This document shows positions 27,346 through 35,497 of a stretch of DNA of 39,647 bases, one piece after another. A model generated the notes under the pieces. It was not told where the DNA came from. It was given only the letters and a program-made list of their open reading frames with translations, and made no database searches. The stretch covers positions 1-39,647 of the forward strand of contig CAYJRR010000028.1 of the NCBI GenBank assembly GCA_964372275.1. Reading direction: 5' to 3'. The DNA comes from an uncultured bacterium. GTDB taxonomy: Bacteria; CAYJRR01. The position numbers were made by a program, and so were the translations under genes. Every line of letters starts with the position of its first letter. Position 1 is the first letter of the stretch.

Positions 27346-28773
27346 TCACCAGATGCAGGCGTCGGCGGCGCCCTCTCCGAGGGGCTGGAAGAGGGTGAGC
27401 TTTCGCGCCAGCCACGGCGAGCGCGGCACCGCGTCCCGGCCGGCGACGAAGTGGCCGCTCTCTCCGTTCCGGCGGTACTCGACCTGTCCGGCCTCGGCTC
27501 GCGCGCAGAGCCGTGAGAACTCGAGGAAGGTGAGCTCCACCCCCTCCACGGCGTACGGCGCCAACGCGTCGATCGTGGTGGAGACCACCTGCACCCGATC
27601 GCGGAGGAGTCCCAGCAGGTCGGCGCTACGCGGGACGAGCCAGTGGTTCGACCGGTCCGCGTCCAGGTCGAGGTTCGAGTACATCGAGAAGGCCGTCCTC
27701 GTCTTCAGGCCGAGGTAGGGGCTCGAGCCGTTGAGGAACGCGAGCAGGACGAGGAGGATCGACGCCCGGCCGATCCGGAACGCGTGGTCCACCGGCCGCA
27801 GGCGCCGCTCGAACAGGCACCGCGCGCTCACCGCGATCACGGCCGATGCGTAGGCGAGCCATACCAGCTGGCGGGCATACCCCAACACCGGAATCGACGG
27901 GAGGCGCGCCATCGCCACCAGGTCGACCGGCATCACGACCGCCGCGATCCCGAGGAAGGCCGCGGCGAGGGCCCGCGAAAACCGCTCCGTGCGCCTCGCG
28001 GCGTCTCCCGCCCCGCCGAGACTCCGTTCGACCGCGTCGAGCGGCAGGAACAGGACCAGCCCGCAGGTCATCGCCGAGGAGAAGTCGAGAAAGTGCTTGA
28101 GGAAGTTCAGCGAGAGCCCGAAGTGGAACAGAAGCCCCAGGAAGACGCCGAAGGTGCGCGTCCGCCGGCCGAGGAGCAGCGGCACGAGCCCGCCTTCGAT
28201 CACGATCGCTCCCGCGATCGCGGCGGGGAAGAGGCGGTCGGGAAAGTAGGCGATGTCGCCGGCGAAGTCGGACGCGCAGCTGGTCGTGGGATCGGTGAAC
28301 GTCCCGTTGAGCTTGGCGAACGCGGCGAAGGCGTAGATCACGAGGACGAGCCAGCGACCGGTGGCGAAGGTCTCCCGCACCGTCGCGTCCCAGCCTCGTC
28401 GCGCCCGCGTCGCGTACGCGACGAGGAGGGCGAGCGCGACGAGCGTGATCGTCAGCCGGTGGTTGGGGACCTCGGGAAGCTCGTAGGCGGTGTTCACGAC
28501 GACGAGGGCGGCGACGGTTAACAGGCGGCCGGGCGCGTCCGGCCTGCGGAGTGACATCCATGCGGCGGCCGCCAACAGGGTCTGCAGCACGGCGCTGACG
28601 GGCGCCTGCACGAACGCGGCCGCCCAGTATTGGCTCGAGGTCAGGGAGAAGAGGACCGAGGCGGGGAGACAGATCGCGAGGAGCCGGCGCGCCAGAAGGT
28701 CGGTCGTGCCCGGGCTCGCGCCTTGGCTCGTGCGTTGGCCCGCGCCGGGGCTCGCGCTTTCGCCTTCCGCCAC
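27346..28773 (-). CDS. Polytopic membrane protein, HTTM-domain-like
   Basis: About 10 hydrophobic segments; PNH, YAFAAFAKLNGTF, GLLFH and SPYLGLKTRTAFSMYSNL. Start GTG 28773; the upstream part of the track ORF is antisense to real genes. Confidence 0.7.
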   Translation of the reverse strand: MAEGESASPGAGQRTSQGASPGTTDLLARRLLAICLPASVLFSLTSSQYWAAAFVQAPVSAVLQTLLAAAAWMSLRRPDAPGRLLTVAALVVVNTAYELPEVPNHRLTITLVALALLVAYATRARRGWDATVRETFATGRWLVLVIYAFAAFAKLNGTFTDPTTSCASDFAGDIAYFPDRLFPAAIAGAIVIEGGLVPLLLGRRTRTFGVFLGLLFHFGLSLNFLKHFLDFSSAMTCGLVLFLPLDAVERSLGGAGDAARRTERFSRALAAAFLGIAAVVMPVDLVAMARLPSIPVLGYARQLVWLAYASAVIAVSARCLFERRLRPVDHAFRIGRASILLVLLAFLNGSSPYLGLKTRTAFSMYSNLDLDADRSNHWLVPRSADLLGLLRDRVQVVSTTIDALAPYAVEGVELTFLEFSRLCARAEAGQVEYRRNGESGHFVAGRDAVPRSPWLARKLTLFQPLGEGAADACIW

Positions 28774-28797
28774 GCGGGCAGAGTATCCTACCGGCCG

Positions 28798-29379
28798 ATG
28801 GTCGAGGGCTGGAAGTTCCTCCAGATCTGGGAGCACACCGCCGTCCCGAAGTTGAAGGGGGCCGGCTACGCGGTGAAGGGGGACCACGCGTCGCGCAATC
28901 GATCGGGGATGCTCCAGCTCCTCTCGCTCAAACGCCAGGCGCCGTCCGGAGGGCACGGCGGTCGGTTCACCCTGCACCTCGCGGTGAGCCACGACTTCGC
29001 GCGCCGGTTCGAGGACGGCGGACCGATGCGCGGCGACGCCGTCGACGAGCAGGTCTTCCACGCCCGGCTCGGTCACCTGATGGAGGGCCGCGACGTCTGG
29101 TGGGAGTACGGCGCCGACGAGGCGGCCTGTGCGAAGACCGTCGCCGCCATCTCGGAGGTGGCGGTCGCCTACGCCGACGCCTGGTTCGAAAGCCTTTCCG
29201 ACGTCGGTTCGGCGTACCTCCTGCTCAAGAAGGGGGACCTCGGCCGGGAGAATCTGTGGAGTCTCGCTCTCTACGCGAAGGCGCTCGGGCACGCCGCCGA
29301 GGCCGTCGAGTGGCTCGACCGGATCGCGTCGCCGCCGGCGCACGTGTCGGCCCTGCGCCGGGAGTGGGCCCGTGCGTGA
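28798..29379 (+). CDS. Hypothetical protein, DUF4304-like
   Basis: AVPKLKGAGY..QLLSLKR..RFTLHLAV..ARLGHL..DVWWEY pattern, plus a short TPR-like tail. Confidence 0.55.
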   Translation: MVEGWKFLQIWEHTAVPKLKGAGYAVKGDHASRNRSGMLQLLSLKRQAPSGGHGGRFTLHLAVSHDFARRFEDGGPMRGDAVDEQVFHARLGHLMEGRDVWWEYGADEAACAKTVAAISEVAVAYADAWFESLSDVGSAYLLLKKGDLGRENLWSLALYAKALGHAAEAVEWLDRIASPPAHVSALRREWARA

Positions 29380-29890
29380 GTCGTCCCGACGCCGTGCCGG
29401 GCTCGCATTGGCGGTGGTGGCCGCCGCCGCGGTCACGCTCGCCGGATGCGATCCGGAGGAGGTCGAGCCGAACGTGCCGATCACCGGCTCGCTCACCAAC
29501 GCGTCGGGGAGCGGCGCGCCATTGGGGGACGGCACGGAGGTGGGGAGCGACTTCGACTTCGCCGCGGAGCTCGACGGCGAACCGGTCGTTCCGCTCACGG
29601 GAACGTGGCGTTGCTACTGGCCCGAACCGCCGGCGCACCCCAACTTCGACCTGGTCGGGACCAACTACGACACCTACGGCCTGTTCATCAGCATCGCCGT
29701 CGCGAAGTGGGGGACGGGAACGCTGACGATCGACAACGACGAGGTGCAGCTCGCGGTGATCGCCGCCGACCGCTTCGGCGTGGCGACGGCGGGGACGCTC
29801 ACGATCCTCTCCGCCCCGGATCCGGAGGTGGGGGGGGCGTGCGCCTTCGAGGTCGGCAGCCTTTCGTTGGTGGGCGAACGCGCCCCCTAG
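29372..29890 (+). CDS. Hypothetical lipoprotein
   Basis: GTG overlapping the upstream stop; RRRAGLALAVVAAAAVTLAGC lipobox; beta-rich mature part. Confidence 0.7.
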   Translation: MRESSRRRAGLALAVVAAAAVTLAGCDPEEVEPNVPITGSLTNASGSGAPLGDGTEVGSDFDFAAELDGEPVVPLTGTWRCYWPEPPAHPNFDLVGTNYDTYGLFISIAVAKWGTGTLTIDNDEVQLAVIAADRFGVATAGTLTILSAPDPEVGGACAFEVGSLSLVGERAP

Positions 29891-30014
29891 GACGCGGGAA
29901 CCGCACCGGTCCAGGAGTTCTCACCGGAGGCGATCCCCCCCGGCCGGTGGGCCCTGCGGACTCCGGTCGCCGCCGAACGCCGGCCGATTCTCCAATCGTT
30001 CCGCCCTCTCCGGG

Positions 30015-30030
30015 CGGCACGCCGGTTGCT
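30015..30030 (+). promoter_or_regulatory. Putative sigma-54 promoter
   Basis: CGGCACG-CCGG-TTGCT, near-consensus, ending 12 nt before GTG 30043. Confidence 0.6.
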
Positions 30031-30042
30031 GAATCCAGTGCC

Positions 30043-30852
30043 GTGGGCGAGGGGATCGGATCGACGCGTGCCGCCGCGTGCCTGCTTCTCGGTGTGCACC
30101 TCGCCGGTTGCGGACGGGCGGGTCTCCGCGACGATTCGACGTCCGCGGGGGACCCCGCGTCGCCGGCCGGCGGATCGGGTGACCGTAGCCTGGAGATCCT
30201 CTCGGTGGAGCCGGTCGATCCGGCTCCCCTCGCCTCTCACGATCCGAGCGAGGCGAACGACGTCGAGACCGCGGCGGCCGGGATCGAGGCGCCGTACGAC
30301 CGGTCGAGCCATCGAATCGCGAAACCGCGCGCGTTCGACGTGACGGTCGTCGCGCGGGACGGCGACTCCTCGTCCGCTCTCCTGGAGATCTTTCTCGGTC
30401 GCGAGACGGAGCCCGATCCGTCGGAGGAAGGGGATCTCCGGACCGAGCTGGATCTGTCGGATTCCGAGCCGCGGACCGTGACAATGTCCGTTCCCGACGC
30501 TCCGATCCAGACGCTCCACGGATTCGCGCGCGTCACCGGGAACGGCGAAGCGCACGTGTTCCCGTTCGACGCGCCGGCGGTCCATGACGAGGACTGGTAC
30601 CGGGTGGATGTGCGCGGACCGTTCGAGATCCGGCTCCGCGATCTTCCGGCGGACTACGACCTCCAGGTGTTGGCGTCCTCCGCGAGTCTCACGGTCAGTT
30701 CCGACGGGACCCAGGACGAGGAGATCCAGGTCTCGGTCGGCGGCTGCAACACCCCACGAACGATCGCCGTGCGCGTCTTCAGCCCGACGGGCCGCTCCTC
30801 GCCCGACCCCTATCGCCTGTCGATCCGGGATCGGATCGGCTGCGACGACTGA
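30043..30852 (+). CDS. Lipoprotein with C-terminal PPC (pre-peptidase C-terminal)-like domain
   Basis: LLLGVHLAGC lipobox; DPSEAND..DEDWYRVDV..LRDLPADYDLQV..DEEI..YRLSI. Confidence 0.65.
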   Translation: MGEGIGSTRAAACLLLGVHLAGCGRAGLRDDSTSAGDPASPAGGSGDRSLEILSVEPVDPAPLASHDPSEANDVETAAAGIEAPYDRSSHRIAKPRAFDVTVVARDGDSSSALLEIFLGRETEPDPSEEGDLRTELDLSDSEPRTVTMSVPDAPIQTLHGFARVTGNGEAHVFPFDAPAVHDEDWYRVDVRGPFEIRLRDLPADYDLQVLASSASLTVSSDGTQDEEIQVSVGGCNTPRTIAVRVFSPTGRSSPDPYRLSIRDRIGCDD

Positions 30853-30891
30853 ACCGTCGCGCCGGCGCACCGCCGGCGGTCAGACCGTTCA
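30850..30891 (-). promoter_or_regulatory. SECIS-like hairpin for the second UGA
   Basis: On the mRNA: UGA + 10 nt, then CGCCGGCG-GUG-CGCCGGCG; lower stem UGAAC.GUC pairs with GAC.GUUCA. Confidence 0.7.
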
Positions 30892-31107
30892 GGTGAAGCC
30901 GCTCCAGCCGATGCCGGCGAGCGTCCCCTCCCGGACGATCACCGGGACTTCGCGCACGCCGTTCGACCAGCGGAGCATCTCGTCGAGCCACTCCTTCTTG
31001 GCCCGGACGTTCCGGTAGTCCACGGTGTGACCCTCGGCCGCCAGCGATTCCCGGGCGGCCCGCGTGTGGGGTCAGGTGTCCTTGCCGTAGAGGACGATCT
31101 CGCTCAT
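30880..31107 (-). CDS. UXX-star family glutaredoxin-like selenoprotein (two Sec)
   Basis: Hand translation MSEIVLYGKDT-U-PHTRAARESLAAEGHTVDYRNVRAKKEWLDEMLRWSNGVREVPVIVREGTLAGIGWSGFT-U-TV*. TGA at 31074-31072 and 30891-30889; ATGA overlap with the SDR stop; cis-Pro VPVI and IG motifs of NrdH/glutaredoxin. Confidence 0.9.
31036..31060 (-). promoter_or_regulatory. SECIS-like hairpin for the first UGA
   Basis: GGCCGCC-CGGGAAUCGCU-GGCGGCC stem begins exactly 11 nt after the UGA. Confidence 0.7.
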
Positions 31108-31943
31108 GGCAGGGCGATCTTCTTGAAGTTCTCGGCGATCTCCGCGACCGCCGCCACGCCGTCCTTCGTCCAGCCGTCGTTCTGCGCCATCTTGTATTCG
31201 AAGAAACGGCCGCCTTGGCAGCCGAAGATCCGGCCGTTGATCTCCTTGGCGTGCTCACTGGCGAGGAACAGCACCATCGGCGTCACCCGCTCCGGCGCGA
31301 GCCCGTCCCCCGCCCCCTGCACCATCGGGATGTCCTCGGTCATGCGGGTGAGCGCCACCGGCGCGATCGCGTTCACCGTGATCCCGATCTTGGCGAGCTC
31401 CATGCTCGAGGTGCGGGTGAGGCCGTAGATCCCGGCCTTCGCCGCCGAGTAGTTCGCCTGGCCGAAGTTCCCGAGGAGCCCCGAGAGGCTGGTGGTGTTG
31501 ACGATCTTCCCGCCGCCCCCCTGCACCTTCACCTGCCGCGCGAAGGCCTGCGTGCAGAAGTAGGTCCCCTTGAGGTGGACGTCGAGCACGAGGTCGAACT
31601 CCGCCTGGCTCATGTTGAGCAGCGTCTTGTCCCGAAGGATGCCGGCGTTGTTCACCAGGACGTCGGCGCGGCCGTACTTGGCGAGCGCGCTCCACAGGAT
31701 CCGGTCGGCCCCTTCCACCGACGCGACCGAGTCGTAGTTCGCCACCGCGTCGCCGCCGGCGCCCTTGATCTCCTCGACCACCTTGTCGGCGGCCATGTTC
31801 CCCTTGCCGCCCCCCGCGCGGTCGCCGCCGAGGTCGTTGACGACCACCTTGGCCCCCTCCTTCGCGAAGGCCAGGGCGTGCGAGCGGCCGAGCCCGTTTC
31901 CACTTCCGGTGACGATGACGACCTTGCCGGCGAAAAGACCCAT
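31104..31943 (-). CDS. Short-chain dehydrogenase/reductase (MFE-2/HSD17B4-like 3-hydroxyacyl-CoA dehydrogenase)
   Basis: TGSGNGLG, VVVNDLG, NNAGILRD and GNFGQANYSAAK (YxxxK). Confidence 0.93.
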   Translation of the reverse strand: MGLFAGKVVIVTGSGNGLGRSHALAFAKEGAKVVVNDLGGDRAGGGKGNMAADKVVEEIKGAGGDAVANYDSVASVEGADRILWSALAKYGRADVLVNNAGILRDKTLLNMSQAEFDLVLDVHLKGTYFCTQAFARQVKVQGGGGKIVNTTSLSGLLGNFGQANYSAAKAGIYGLTRTSSMELAKIGITVNAIAPVALTRMTEDIPMVQGAGDGLAPERVTPMVLFLASEHAKEINGRIFGCQGGRFFEYKMAQNDGWTKDGVAAVAEIAENFKKIALP

Positions 31944-31953
31944 CGATGGCTCC

Positions 31954-32817
31954 CTATCCCTTCGCCACTTCGGCGAAGGCGTTCTTGATCACGATCGTTC
32001 CGTCCTGCTTCTTCGACTCGAGACCCAATCCCTGGACGCCGGGACCGTCGTCGACCCTCCAGGCGATCGTCGTCACCACGTCGTTGGGGAGGACCGGCCG
32101 CGCGTAGCGGACGCGCAGCCGCTTCAGCCTCGCCGGATCGCCGCCGCAGAACGAGTCGAGCACCGCCTTGGAGACGAAGGCCATGGTGCAGGAGCCTTGC
32201 AGGATGATCCCCGGGTGTCCGTAGAGGCGCGCCACGTTGTCGTCGGTATGGATCGGATTGCGGTCGCCACTCGTCTCGGCGTAGCGGATCGGCTGGTCGT
32301 GGGCGACCGGCATCTCGACCGCGGCGATCACCGGTCCGCGCGGCTGCTCGCTCGTGCCGGGGGCCTTGTCCCCTTTCTCGCGCGGCCCGTCGCCGCGCAC
32401 GAAGTAGCCGCACCCGACCCGCGCCACCTCGCGGCCATCGCGGCGCAGCGTCACGTCGACGCGGAGGAGCTCGCCGTTCGATTTCTTCTCGATCCCGGTG
32501 ACGACCGCGCTCGAAGCGAGCCGGTCGCCGGGGCGGATCACGTCCGACCAGACGACGTCGTTGTCGCCGCGCACCATCCGGCGGAAGAAGTCGGCGGACG
32601 GACCGGTCAGCTCCTCGTCGAACAACGGGAGCAGCTCCGAGGGGCCGCACGCCACCACCGCGTACATCGGCGGCGCGACCGGTCCCGACGGGGAGCCTTC
32701 GTCGACGAAACGCGGGTTGGGGTCGTTGTAGGAGAGGGCGTAGGCCCGCGCCGCCTCGGCGGTCACGGTCCAGGGCTGTTCGGGATATCGCTTGCCGACC
32801 AGTTTCTCGTTGAGCAC
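31954..32817 (-). CDS. MaoC-family double hot-dog (R)-specific enoyl-CoA hydratase
   Basis: YALSYNDPNP..VAPPMY; hydratase-2 motif YAETSGDRNPIHTD..IILQG; GTG start after GGAGG. Confidence 0.88.
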   Translation of the reverse strand: MLNEKLVGKRYPEQPWTVTAEAARAYALSYNDPNPRFVDEGSPSGPVAPPMYAVVACGPSELLPLFDEELTGPSADFFRRMVRGDNDVVWSDVIRPGDRLASSAVVTGIEKKSNGELLRVDVTLRRDGREVARVGCGYFVRGDGPREKGDKAPGTSEQPRGPVIAAVEMPVAHDQPIRYAETSGDRNPIHTDDNVARLYGHPGIILQGSCTMAFVSKAVLDSFCGGDPARLKRLRVRYARPVLPNDVVTTIAWRVDDGPGVQGLGLESKKQDGTIVIKNAFAEVAKG

Positions 32818-33007
32818 GGGGCCCTCCGATAGCGGATCCCGGAGGCCCTGTAAAGGCCGCGGGTTCGGACCGTTACCCGGCCTTCCGGACACGGAGGGCC
32901 GGGGGGAAGCGGGCACGCTGCCACGGGTGGCGCAGCGCGTCAAGCAAATATGATTGACGGGTCAGTCGAAAGGGGGGCGCTTCGGAAAGCGGTCCGGGTC
33001 TTCTAGG

Positions 33008-34060
33008 ATGCCGGCCGTGACGTCGTTCTTCCTGGCGCTCGCCCTCGCCGCCGGTCCCGTCGATCGGGCGGCGGCGCTCGAGGCGGCGGCCGACGCGGCG
33101 GCGGCGCGGGGGGACGCGGCGGCCGCCGCGGCCGACCTGTGGCGCGCCGGCGAGGCGGCCGACCACGAGGCGCGGGACTACGCCCGGGCGATCCGGCTCT
33201 ACGACCGCCTGATCGCGGAGCACCCCTCGGCCCGGCTCTCCCGGTCGGCGGCGGCGCGTCGCGAGGTCGTCGCGCGCGCCACGGCCTTCGGGGAGGAGCC
33301 GTTCCGCCGTTTCGAGTCGCTGCGCGCGCGATTCGCATCGCTCGAACGCGCGGCGGCGATCGCCGAGGCGGAGGCGATCGCCGAATCGTTCCCGGACTTC
33401 CCGTTGGGGGACGAGCTCGCGCTGTGGATCGCCGACCGCGCCGCGGAGGCTGGACGCGCCGGCGACGCGCGTCAGGGGTACGAACGGGTGATCGCGCGCT
33501 GGCCCGACGGAGCGGCCGCCGGCCATGCGCTGGCGGCTCTGGCGCGGCTTCATCTCGCGTCCGGGGAGTTCGCCTCTGCCGAGGCGACGTACCGGAGGCT
33601 GGCGGAGAGCGCGCTCCCGGGGGCCTCGACGGTGGCGACGCAGGAGCTGGCGGCGCTGCGGACGCGGGCGGCGCGGGACGCCCGTGGCCGAGCCGCGGGA
33701 TGGGTCGCGGTCGTGGCCGGGCTCATGGCCGCGGCGGCGATCGACCCTCGCCGTCTCCGGGGCGCGATCCGGCGATCGCTCGGTCGCGAGCTGCTCTACG
33801 TGGCGCCGATCCTCGGCGTGCTCGTGTGGCTCGCGCCGCCTCCGTCGCGGGGGGGCGTCGCCTGGCTCGCGCTCACCGGTCTGCTGCTCGTCTGGGCGGC
33901 GGTGGTGTGGGCCGAGTCGGCGCGACGCGCGTGGACGACGCCTCGCGGACGCGCCTGGTCGGCGGGAGGGGCCGCCCTGGCGTCGACGGGACTCCTGTTC
34001 GCCGTCCTGCATCGTCTGGATCTCGTCGCCGCGGTCGAGCGGTGGTGGGGGGCTCCATGA
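33008..34060 (+). CDS. Exported TPR protein with C-terminal multi-TM region
   Basis: Signal-like N-terminus; TPR-like DYARAIRLYDRLIAEHP and ARQGYERVIARWP; about 4 C-terminal TM segments. Confidence 0.7.
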   Translation: MPAVTSFFLALALAAGPVDRAAALEAAADAAAARGDAAAAAADLWRAGEAADHEARDYARAIRLYDRLIAEHPSARLSRSAAARREVVARATAFGEEPFRRFESLRARFASLERAAAIAEAEAIAESFPDFPLGDELALWIADRAAEAGRAGDARQGYERVIARWPDGAAAGHALAALARLHLASGEFASAEATYRRLAESALPGASTVATQELAALRTRAARDARGRAAGWVAVVAGLMAAAAIDPRRLRGAIRRSLGRELLYVAPILGVLVWLAPPPSRGGVAWLALTGLLLVWAAVVWAESARRAWTTPRGRAWSAGGAALASTGLLFAVLHRLDLVAAVERWWGAP

Positions 34061-34278
34061 CCCCCGCCGGCCGGAAGCGCCGCGGCCGCATCCGCTCGAT
34101 CCGCGCGGGCGTGCCCTCCTACAGCGGCTCGCTCGGATCGGACGTGACCGGCCTGGTCGCCGGCGGCGTGATCGCCACGCTCGTCGCGGTCACGATGTCG
34201 GTCTGGGTCCGTCTCGCGACGCGCTTCGGGAAGGGGGATCCGCACGGCGTACCGCCCTCCGCCGCGGAGGACGAGTGA
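34057..34278 (+). CDS. 73-aa membrane-anchored peptide, candidate radical SAM substrate
   Basis: ATGA and GTGA overlaps on both sides; MTPAGRKRRGRIRSIRAGVPSYSGSLGSD + TM + acidic tail. Confidence 0.7.
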   Translation: MTPAGRKRRGRIRSIRAGVPSYSGSLGSDVTGLVAGGVIATLVAVTMSVWVRLATRFGKGDPHGVPPSAAEDE

Positions 34279-35486
34279 CCGGCCGATTCCGCTACCGGGT
34301 GGAGCCGTTCGGCGGCCTCCTCCTTTTCGAGGAGCCGCCGATGCAGGTCTCGGTCGATCGCGCCTTCATGCGCGCCCGCCGGCTCGGCGAAGCGGGTCCG
34401 GCACGCGATGCGTTGTGGTCCGGTGAGGAGGTCGACGCCGAGCGGGCCGTTCCTCGATACGCGCGGCCGGTCGAGGCGCAGCTGGCGCTGTCGAACGCCT
34501 GCCCCGTCGCGTGCGCCCATTGCTTCGAAGGCGCGACGGCGGCCCCGCGACCGGGCACCGCAGCCGGGCTCGACGCGTCCGCCGCATCGGCGCGCCGCGC
34601 CGCGTTCGAGCGGATCGACCGGCTCGCCGACGGCGGCGTCTTCCAGATCGCCTTCGGCGGAGGCGAGCCGTTCCTCGTGCCGTGGCTGTTCGAGGCGGCA
34701 TCGCACGCGCGAAACCGCGGCGTCGTCCCGAGCGTCACCACGTCGGGGATCGGGGTCACCGAAGGGACGGCGGCGCGCGCGCGCGTTTTCGCCCGCGTCG
34801 ACGTCTCGCTCGACGCCGCCGAGCTTCGGGGCGCGTCCGCCTTCGCCCGCGCCGATCGCGCGATCCGGTTGTTGCGCGCCACCCGCCGGCGCGTCGGCCT
34901 GAACGCCGTCCTCACGCGGGAGTCGTACGAGGAACTCGACGATCTCGTCGCCTACGCCGCGCGACGGAAGCTCGACCGGGTGCAGCTCCTCCGGCTGAAG
35001 CCGACCGGACGGGCCCGGGCGATCTACCACGCGCACCGCACCACCGACGCGCAGAACCGGTCGCTCTACGCGCGGTTGAAACGGCTGGCGCGCCATCGCG
35101 TTCGCCTCGCCGTCGACTGTTCGCTCGCGCCGATGCTCGCCGCCGGCGGGGCCGACGCCGCCACCATGGCGCGGCTCGGCGTCGCCGGCTGCCACGGCGG
35201 CGACGCGCTGGTCTCGATCGACGCCTCCGGCCGCGCGCACCCCTGCTCCTTCGTCGCCGGGGACGGCTGGGTGCCGGTGGAGGCGCTCTCGCGGTGGCGC
35301 GCGCCCGAGACCTTCGCCGCGTTCCGCTCCGCGGCACGCGCCCCGCGGGCGCCGTGCGATCGGTGCGAACACCGGACGATCTGCCGCGGCGGATGTCGCT
35401 CGGTGGCCGAGTTCCTCACCGGCGATCCGGGCGCGCCGGACCCGGAGTGCCCCCTCGTCATCGACCGCGACCGATCGGTAGTATAA
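34275..35486 (+). CDS. Radical SAM/SPASM domain protein (MftC/PqqE-like)
   Basis: CPVACAHC, FGGGEP, SPASM GCHGG..HPCSF..CDRCEHRTICRGGC..DPEC; N-terminal YRVEPFGGLL is RRE/MftB-like. Confidence 0.9.
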   Translation: MTGRFRYRVEPFGGLLLFEEPPMQVSVDRAFMRARRLGEAGPARDALWSGEEVDAERAVPRYARPVEAQLALSNACPVACAHCFEGATAAPRPGTAAGLDASAASARRAAFERIDRLADGGVFQIAFGGGEPFLVPWLFEAASHARNRGVVPSVTTSGIGVTEGTAARARVFARVDVSLDAAELRGASAFARADRAIRLLRATRRRVGLNAVLTRESYEELDDLVAYAARRKLDRVQLLRLKPTGRARAIYHAHRTTDAQNRSLYARLKRLARHRVRLAVDCSLAPMLAAGGADAATMARLGVAGCHGGDALVSIDASGRAHPCSFVAGDGWVPVEALSRWRAPETFAAFRSAARAPRAPCDRCEHRTICRGGCRSVAEFLTGDPGAPDPECPLVIDRDRSVV

Positions 35487-35497
35487 GGGCGCTTCCC

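Noticed and set aside
30880-31107. Pseudogene or UGA=Trp recoding as explanation for the in-frame stops
   Set aside because: Neighbouring genes end in TGA and use TGG for Trp, and both UGAs fall at redox-motif positions with SECIS-like hairpins.
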